Part shown: positions 52,201 through 54,603 of the stretch, in pieces | Layout of the letters: each line of letters opens with the position of its first letter | How positions within the stretch are numbered: position 1 is the stretch's first letter | NCBI GenBank assembly: GCA_900617105.1 | Contig: UYFQ01000773.1 | Coordinates: 1-54,603, forward strand | Length of the DNA: 54,603 nt | DNA from: Hydrurus foetidus | Taxonomy: Eukaryota | Direction: 5' to 3' | Notes under the pieces: generated by a model | The model's database searches: none | Seen by the model: the letters and a program-made list of their open reading frames with translations, nothing else | What the model was told of the DNA's origin: nothing | Position numbers and translations under genes: made by a program

Positions 52201-54097
52201 TACTTACTCACTCGCTCACTCCTCACTCACTCCTCCTTCATCCTTGCTTGCTTACTCACCCTGCTTGCTTACTTACCACCATCACCACTCATCACCCTCC
52301 ACCACCACCACCACCTCACCACCTCCACCACCACCACCTCACCACCACCACCACCACTCACCGACTCATCTAAATGTCTATGTTTCAACTTCCTCAACCC
52401 TGTTACCTCCTCTTCACCCACCCACCTATCTCTGACCCCCTCTACTCTCAACACCAACATCCACCTTCTTCACCCACTTGTCCATCTCTCTCCACTCATA
52501 TCTTCACCGTCCCACTTCCCCTTTCTCTTCAGGACATGCGTACGTCCCTATGGTCACTGTACGAGAAGGAATACCTAGATCACTTGGGATATAAAGCAGA
52601 CCCGTTAGAATGGCTTGCGAGCAATTGGCAAGGAGCTGCCATAGGCAGTCTGATAGCAAGGAGGCCATGTGAGTATTATAGTATTCAGAAGTGAATGAAA
52701 GTATTGTGTTTTTTTGTCGCTTTATTTTTATCAATTACGCCTTTAAGAAATCTCTTTTTGTTTTTGACGATGTTAATCTTTAATGCTGATATCTTCCGCT
52801 TACTATTTCATTTACTATTAATTTTGAATATTTTTATGTACTTTTGTTGATTTATTAACAAATTCGTTTTTATGATGGTACATTTAATTTAAAATTTTAT
52901 ATATTTCAAATGAGATTTTTCTCTGTGCTGCTACAAATGTAGGAATACTATTTATCGTAACATGAGGAATGTCGTACTATATATTGCATCACATTTATTT
53001 CGTAAAAGTACTCATTCATGACTAATAATCTATCAACTTTATTGTGCTGCAGATAATCAGACCGGTGTAAAATTAGAAACTCTATATCAGGTAAGAATGT
53101 AGCTGCAATTTAATATATTTTAGTATGACATTCTCCGCTCTATTTTTGAGTTTTTTATATCTTTGAAATCGTTTGTATCTATCTTAATCCATGAAAAGAT
53201 TTGCATAATTGGTTTGACGCACACAAACAGATATCCCAGCGCATGTGTAAACGTACACACGTACTTACTAGCTAAATTTTACAATCACTCATCTTATTTT
53301 TATCGAATGGCACTGATGCTAACCACACACAATACTGTACATCACACCACATCGCACTACACCACACCACACTACCTTACACTACACCACACCACACTAC
53401 ATCACATGACACTTCCTCAAGTCACAACATTCCGTAACATCTTCAGGTCGGGCACAGTTTGGTCAGAATACCGGATAACTTCGAGTTACATTCAGACATA
53501 CAGAGACTTCTGGTTAACCGTAAGAAAGCTCTGGACACCGGTAAAGGTCGGTGCAATACGGTGTAATTTGCTGCAATTTCCTGTAATGTCTTCTCATGTA
53601 ATGTATTGTATTTGCATTGGATTTTACTTTGCGTATTAGTGCATTACAGTGCAGTGCATTGTAATGAAATTAAATGTATTGCACTGAAATTCAAGGACAT
53701 CTTTTCAGTGCGCCATATACTGTAGTGCAGTGCAGTGCAGTGCAGTGCAGAGATTTATGTACTCTGCTATTTTGGGTCACATATAAAATTAATTGCAGAA
53801 ATCCCGTATCGCTGTAACTGCAAGAATTATCACCACAAAAAATCAAAAACACAATGATTAACGTTGTCCACACAATGCTCCTTATCTCTTCCTCCTCTTG
53901 CTCAATTTTCCCTTCCTCTTTCTCCTCCTCCGCATCTTCTTCCTCCTCCTCCTTTTCATCTCAAACTTCAACTTCATCTCAAACTTCAACTTCAACTTTA
54001 AGGCGTGTCCATGGGTTTTGCCGAGTCTCTAGCATTCGGATGCTTAATGAACAAGTTCTCACCTGACCACATTCCGGGGCTGAGGGGACTACCTATA
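46284..54097 (+). CDS. 2-oxoglutarate dehydrogenase E1-family protein, divergent paralogue; 3' partial (17 exons visible)
   Basis: Transit-peptide-like N-terminus, then [63 protein letters not shown], ThDP motif [10 protein letters not shown]...[26 protein letters not shown] and AESLAFG. All visible junctions are GT-AG and in phase. Confidence 0.93.
47575..47775 (+). repeat. Compound period-5 microsatellite (TGGTA, TTGTA, TTGTG)
   Basis: Direct reading, in an OGDH-like intron. Confidence 0.9.
50195..50300 (+). repeat. (GGAAG)n purine tract at the 5' end of an intron
   Basis: Direct reading, just after the donor at 50164. Confidence 0.9.
52014..52365 (+). repeat. (CACT)n/(CCT)n/(CAC)n compound microsatellite
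   Basis: Direct reading, intronic. Confidence 0.9.
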
Positions 54098-54603
54098 GGT
54101 ACGAAACTATATTGTCTTGTTTTTGTTGTTTATGTTGTGCAGTAATGTATCTCATTGAAATGATGAGTTCTTATTTTTATGTTCATGTCTATCTTCACTT
54201 TTATTTTTGCTTTGACTTCTCTATCGTCATTTGTAGTAGTTATGTCGTATGTATGTGCATAGAAGCGCCTTTTCTATTCCCCACCCATCTCCCTCTCCTT
54301 CCTCTCATCTCATCTCCTCTCCCTCTCTCTTCTCTTCTCCTTTTCTTTCATCTCCTCTTCTCTTCTCCTCCTCTTCTCTTCTCTTTCATCTCATCTCCTC
54401 TTCTCTTCTCTTTTCATCTCTTTTTCTTTCATCTCCTCTCCTCTCTTCTCATCTCTTCTCCTTTTCTTTCATCTCATCTCCTCTTCTCTTCTCTTCTCTT
54501 CTCTTCTCATCTCTTTTTCTTTCATCTCCTCTCATCTTCTCATCTCTTCTCCTTTTCTTCCATCTCACCTCCTCTTCTCTTCTCATCTCTTTTTCTTTCA
54601 TCT

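Overview
Eukaryotic, intron-rich nuclear DNA, most likely from a flagellated stramenopile (inferred from a mastigoneme-type EGF protein, a CryptonS-type tyrosine recombinase and GTACGT-rich splice donors). From left to right: a 3'-partial prolyl 4-hydroxylase-like gene (-); an 812-bp rod-like foldback element with TTA target duplications; a frameshifted MPP6-like pseudogene (-); an intact, intron-containing Crypton tyrosine-recombinase gene (-) lying head-to-head with a ~27.4-kb, ~46-exon RICTOR gene (+); an EGF-repeat mastigoneme-like gene (-); an RPUSD1/RluA pseudouridine synthase with a very large insertion (+); and a 3'-partial, divergent 2-oxoglutarate dehydrogenase E1 gene (+). The most unusual signals are: (i) four whole-length hairpin elements, two sharing termini and TTA duplications and three lying in RICTOR introns; (ii) a 101 x 43-bp indel-free intronic array whose unit is a small dyad carrying AATAAA and no sense-strand AG; (iii) a local splice-site anomaly in RICTOR (possible GA-AG intron plus a phase conflict); (iv) pervasive period-5 and strand-polarised intronic simple repeats. 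All homology calls come from motif recognition by eye; no searches were run.
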